DNA of 64,000 bases. Origin: Capsulimonadaceae bacterium. Lineage in GTDB: Bacteria; Armatimonadota; Armatimonadia; Armatimonadales; Capsulimonadaceae. This document shows, piece after piece, positions 60,144-64,000 of the stretch. The notes beneath the pieces were generated by a model. The model was not told the DNA's origin and made no database searches. It worked only from the letters and a program-made list of their open reading frames with translations. The translations under genes and the position numbers were made by a program. Position 1 is the stretch's first letter. Every line of letters starts with the position of its first letter. Where the stretch lies: positions 4,256,001 through 4,320,000 of the forward strand of contig OZ244065.1 in assembly GCA_965215505.1 (NCBI GenBank), written 5' to 3'.

Positions 60144-60416
60144 CCCGGCGCTAAACCGCCGGTCTACACGGACGGGCCGCCCGCTTCGGGGCTTCGGAGG
60201 CATCTCTTCGGAGGGACATGGGGCAGCACCCGTAGGGGTAGGGCTTGTCCCTACCCTCTTCTCCTGTCCTACTCTTCTCCTGCTCTTCGCTGCGGAATGC
60301 GCGGCATGGCAAGAGGACAGGGGGAAACCCCGGCCCTACGTCGCTGTGTCCCTCCGAAGCCCCAAAGGGGCGGCCCACCGGCGGAGCCGGGAGTAGACCG
60401 ACCCTTCAGGGCCGGG
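60144..60416. repeat. Composite REP/REPIN-like element (inverted relative of 47052-47261)
   Basis: Ends CCCGGCGCTAAACCGCCGGTCTAC and GTAGACCGACCCTTCAGGGCCGGG mirror the ends of the 47 kb element; internal GTAG hairpins. Confidence 0.7.
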
Positions 60417-60480
60417 ACCGACGGGCCGGGATATGCACACGCCGGGGCTGACCGCCGGGACGCCTTTCACGCCGGCAACG

Positions 60481-60517
60481 AAAAAGCGCCCCGGTCTACT
60501 CAAGACCGGGGCGCTTT
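60481..60517 (-). terminator. Intrinsic terminator
   Basis: AAAAAGCGCCCCGGTC...GACCGGGGCGCTTT hairpin with a U-tract on the minus strand. Confidence 0.8.
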
Positions 60518-60541
60518 CTGCTTCTGGTACTTTAACGCGCG

Positions 60542-63500
60542 CTACGGCACCGTCACCGTCACCGTCTGCGTGGCCGAATTGCCTGCCATGTCCACTGCCT
60601 GCACCTCCACCGTGTGCTTGCCGGACGTGAGCGCGGGCAGGGACAGCGTGAACGATTCCGAAGACGAGTCGAACAGGCCGTCGTCTGCCGCCGCCGCCAC
60701 CGGGTCGCCGCTGTCCACCTTGGCTTGGACCGCCTTGATGAAGGCCAGGCCCGTCGTCACCGTCCCACGCAGAGTCACCGTCTTGTCGGCGGCGACCACC
60801 GGCGTTCCCGCCGTCAGCGTCGGAGAGGCGTTCGCGACCAGGAAGGGGGCCGAAACGGCCTTGGCGGTCAAGGAGTCAGCCGGGTTGCTCGGCTTGTCGC
60901 TGGCCGTGACGCGGAGCTGATAAGTCCCGTCCGGCACTTCCGAGGTGTCCCACGAGAAGGAGGTGTCTTTCAGGCCCGTGGCCCCCGCCACCGCCTTGGC
61001 GTCCTGCGCCGCGTCCGCAGTCGCGGTGGCCTTTATCTGCGCCTGAATCTTCGCGCGGACGGCGGGCGGGATGTTGGTCTGCTTGTCCAGGTTCGCCTGC
61101 GAAGCGGCCAGAGTCGCCGCCGCACTCTTGGGTTTCGACCCGTCCGGCGTCGCGTGCTTGGTGATCGGCGTCCAGGTCTTGCCGCCGTCTCCGGAGTAAG
61201 CGGCGTCATAGACCAGAGTGTCCTTGTCCGGGTCGCTGCCCGTCCACTGGAGCAGGGCGGACTTGGAGACGGCGTCGCCGCCCGCAGGCTTGGTGATGCT
61301 GACGACAGGCGCATGGTTGTGCGGCAGATAGTAGACGCTCACGTCGCGCAGCTTGGGGGCCACCCCGACGGCGTCGCCGCTCAGGAGGGCCTGGTACTGG
61401 AGGAAGCGGGCGGGAGGCGAGGTGACGGCCTGCCCGTGCGCGCTGGTGTAGGGGGCCGACCAGGCGCTCCATGAGGCGTCCGGCCGCTCGATGTTCCCCG
61501 AGCGTGTCTGGAGGGTGACAGCGGCCCCGGCGGGCGTGTCCGCCGACCAGGCGATGGTGCCCCAGCGCGACCGGCTGCCCGCGTCGTGGACGGTGGACTG
61601 GAAGACCCCTTGCAGGCCGCTCCCGCCCGAAACGCCGATCTTGTAGACGCTGCCCACGGTCGCCGTCCCGGCATAGACCGCGTTGCCCGCCGTGTCCAGG
61701 GCGAGGCTCAGGAACTGCTCGTCCGAGTCGGCCACATACGACTGCACGCTGTCATCCGGGTTGATCTTGTAGACCGTGCTGCCCGAGACGGCGTACACGG
61801 CGTCGCTGGCATCCGTCTTGAGGCTCTGGATGCCCGGAGTGGAGCGCCCCAGCAGCCGCTTGGCCGTCCCGTCCGGCGCGATGCGGTAGACGGTGCCGGT
61901 CGCGGAGGTCCCCGCGTAGACATTGCCCAACGAGTCAGTCGCCAGGGCGCTGACGTTCGGCTCCGCCGCGTCATACAGCACGCTGCTCTTGCCGTCCGGC
62001 GTGATCTTGTAGACGATGCCGTCCGGCCCGCTCCCCGCATAGACGTTGCCGCCCTTGTCGGTGGCGATGGAGAGGATGTTGGCCTCGGGCGAGGTGAACA
62101 AGGGCTGGGCTGCGCCGATAGCAGCGGGGGTGATTGCTGCGGCATCAGTCGCCGCGACAGGAACGCCGGCCGGCGTAACGAAGGTCATGCCGGGTCGGCG
62201 TAACCCCTGAGCCACAGAGATGCCGCCCGCCATCCCATTCACCTTGACGCGCCGCCCTGTGCTGTCAGGACGGCGCGTGCTGTCTGCCGCTGTTAGCACG
62301 CTCATAGGGGACATCGCCCTGACACGCCTCCCGCCCATGCTGTAGACGCGGCCTGTCCCACCGCCCGTAGCCACAAAAACCTCATCCTGAGCCTGATTAT
62401 AGGCTAGGGCCGTGACGTACTTCTCCTGCACCGTGAACGCCTTCGCACCCTTGCCGTCCTGCCCGACCTTGAACACGATGCCGTTCGGCAGGGTGCCTGC
62501 GTACAGGTTGCCCGCGTTGTCCAGGACCAGCGAGGTCACTTCCAGCTCTTTGGTCTGGAAGAACGGGGTCGCCTTGCCCGCCGCGTCCATCTTGTAGATG
62601 ACGCCGCCGTCGCCGGTGCCCAGATAGACGTTTCCCTTGCCGTCCGGCAGAATGGACCAGATGTAGCTCTCCGAGGTGTCCGCCACCTTCTGCAAGGAGG
62701 GGGCCAGGCGCACGTCGCCCAGGCTGGTCACGGCGACATTTTTCAATACGCCCGCCGCGAACTCGCCCATGGTGTCCTGACGCCAGACCGACGGCAGCCG
62801 CCCGACCGGCTTGATGGTTGCCGGGGCGGAGGAGTCATCCGAAGCGGGCGCGGTCGCATCCGTTGCCTTTGCCGGGGCCGAGTCGGCTGGCGTTCCCGCG
62901 ACCGCCGCCGAAGTCTGGTCCGAGGCCGTGGCACCACCCCGAGCGCGTGGGGCGGCCTTCGTCGCCAGGGCGTCCGGCGAGAGCATCAGGACGAAGTCGC
63001 CTGGGCCGTCCCCGGTCAGCGAGGACATCGGGAGGGGGCCGCTGTCGGCGGTCGGGGCGGGGTCCGCCCCGGCGGGCGCGGCGCTGCCGCCGGAAGAGGC
63101 CGAGGGCCGAGCGCTTTCGGCTACATCCTTTCGCCGGACCATGATGTTCAGGGTCTGCCCGCCCGTCACGACGTAGGGGACGGTCTGCGACACCTTAACC
63201 TCGTCGCGCTCGGTCCGCAGGCCCGTCGTCCGCGCGGACTGCATGACGGAGGCGAATGTCGGCGGCAGGCCGGACAGCTTCTCCCCTTTGACCGTCACGG
63301 CCGCCGTCGGCAGCAGCAGGTGCGCGACCAGTTCATTGTTGCGCGGCTTCTCCGAGAACGCCTTGACGAGCTGGCCGACATTCGCGGCGGGACCCAGCGG
63401 CTCCGCCGAGCGGATCTGGAGCAGGCCGCCCAGCAGGCTCGTCACCCCGCCGTCCGACCCGCCCCCGCGCACGCTCAGGGAGAGCGGGCCGTCCGCCGTC

Positions 63501-64000
63501 GCCTGGGGAATCTTGACCGACACCATCCGCGTGTACAGAGGCCGCTTGTAGGGCTTCAGCACGACGCCGACGTCCACGGTGTCGCCGGGGGCGAAGTGGG
63601 ACTGCTTGACGAACAGGTGGTCTATCTCCGCCGTGTCGTGCCGGTTCTGGATCGTCACGTCCATGCGGACGCTCTTGACGGCCAGCGGGTAGAAGGAGTT
63701 GGACGACAACAGGTGCATCAGGCTGTCCAGGTCCTCGATGGCCGTCTGGTCAATGCTCAGGGCGTCGTAGAAGGTGTTGGTGCGCTTGACGTGCCCGATC
63801 TCCTCCACGTCCACATCAAAGCTCACCTGTGCGACCGAGTCGCCCGGCTGCCCATGCACCTGCGCGATGGCGGCGTCGGCCATCTGCGAGACGAGCTGGC
63901 CGGTCAGCAGCGGGTGGTTGATGATCCGCATGTGGAAGTCCTTGCGGCGCTTGATGGACTCGTCGTTGATCGAGATGGTCATGGGCACCATCTCCGGCAT
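60542..64000 (-). CDS. Large probable extracytoplasmic protein: SpoIVB/S55-associated C-terminal region + beta-propeller + Ig/FN3-like domains (5' end beyond window)
   Basis: Repeated DxxGNvYaGt..pxGxVYKI propeller blades; QTRSGN..PD.SWS.WS; NHAPVV and GTYQLRVTASD Ig-like domains. The N-part resembles regions following S55 domains (inference). Confidence 0.65.
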   Translation of the reverse strand: MPEMVPMTISINDESIKRRKDFHMRIINHPLLTGQLVSQMADAAIAQVHGQPGDSVAQVSFDVDVEEIGHVKRTNTFYDALSIDQTAIEDLDSLMHLLSSNSFYPLAVKSVRMDVTIQNRHDTAEIDHLFVKQSHFAPGDTVDVGVVLKPYKRPLYTRMVSVKIPQATADGPLSLSVRGGGSDGGVTSLLGGLLQIRSAEPLGPAANVGQLVKAFSEKPRNNELVAHLLLPTAAVTVKGEKLSGLPPTFASVMQSARTTGLRTERDEVKVSQTVPYVVTGGQTLNIMVRRKDVAESARPSASSGGSAAPAGADPAPTADSGPLPMSSLTGDGPGDFVLMLSPDALATKAAPRARGGATASDQTSAAVAGTPADSAPAKATDATAPASDDSSAPATIKPVGRLPSVWRQDTMGEFAAGVLKNVAVTSLGDVRLAPSLQKVADTSESYIWSILPDGKGNVYLGTGDGGVIYKMDAAGKATPFFQTKELEVTSLVLDNAGNLYAGTLPNGIVFKVGQDGKGAKAFTVQEKYVTALAYNQAQDEVFVATGGGTGRVYSMGGRRVRAMSPMSVLTAADSTRRPDSTGRRVKVNGMAGGISVAQGLRRPGMTFVTPAGVPVAATDAAAITPAAIGAAQPLFTSPEANILSIATDKGGNVYAGSGPDGIVYKITPDGKSSVLYDAAEPNVSALATDSLGNVYAGTSATGTVYRIAPDGTAKRLLGRSTPGIQSLKTDASDAVYAVSGSTVYKINPDDSVQSYVADSDEQFLSLALDTAGNAVYAGTATVGSVYKIGVSGGSGLQGVFQSTVHDAGSRSRWGTIAWSADTPAGAAVTLQTRSGNIERPDASWSAWSAPYTSAHGQAVTSPPARFLQYQALLSGDAVGVAPKLRDVSVYYLPHNHAPVVSITKPAGGDAVSKSALLQWTGSDPDKDTLVYDAAYSGDGGKTWTPITKHATPDGSKPKSAAATLAASQANLDKQTNIPPAVRAKIQAQIKATATADAAQDAKAVAGATGLKDTSFSWDTSEVPDGTYQLRVTASDKPSNPADSLTAKAVSAPFLVANASPTLTAGTPVVAADKTVTLRGTVTTGLAFIKAVQAKVDSGDPVAAAADDGLFDSSSESFTLSLPALTSGKHTVEVQAVDMAGNSATQTVTVTVP

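Overview
High-GC bacterial chromosomal window. The Lpt-DUF3084-yqgF-SLH porin block and the overall gene content suggest a diderm Terrabacteria member, probably Armatimonadota (inference). From left to right it holds: the end of an exopolysaccharide operon (GT4, Wzc, Wza/SLBB); a CbiX pair; an M13 peptidase; an RHS remnant with an orphan immunity-like gene; a cyclic-dinucleotide/protease locus; mfd; a glycosidase-like protein; an ankyrin protein; a PAS-GGDEF protein; a general-stress cluster; a DHH phosphoesterase; an Nth-Nei-ATP ligase-DHH repair cluster; a nucleotidyltransferase fusion; a debranching enzyme; LOG, S9 peptidase, MFS and RRM genes; rpoN; an intein-containing UDP-glucuronate decarboxylase; lptCAB(F/G); DUF3084; a PIN TA pair; yqgF; an SLH porin; and a large truncated beta-propeller protein. 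The standout is 9.7-18.7 kb. There, a membrane-sensor/HD-GYP/GAF/GGDEF gene precedes three tandem secreted subtilases with Trp-Gly C-terminal peptide repeats. Two of the subtilases are each preceded by tandem GEMM-I riboswitch aptamers, the first with the c-di-GMP-type G20 and the second with the 3',3'-cGAMP-type A20. All three share a direct-repeat operator-like element and a terminator. No rRNA, tRNA or CRISPR array was seen.
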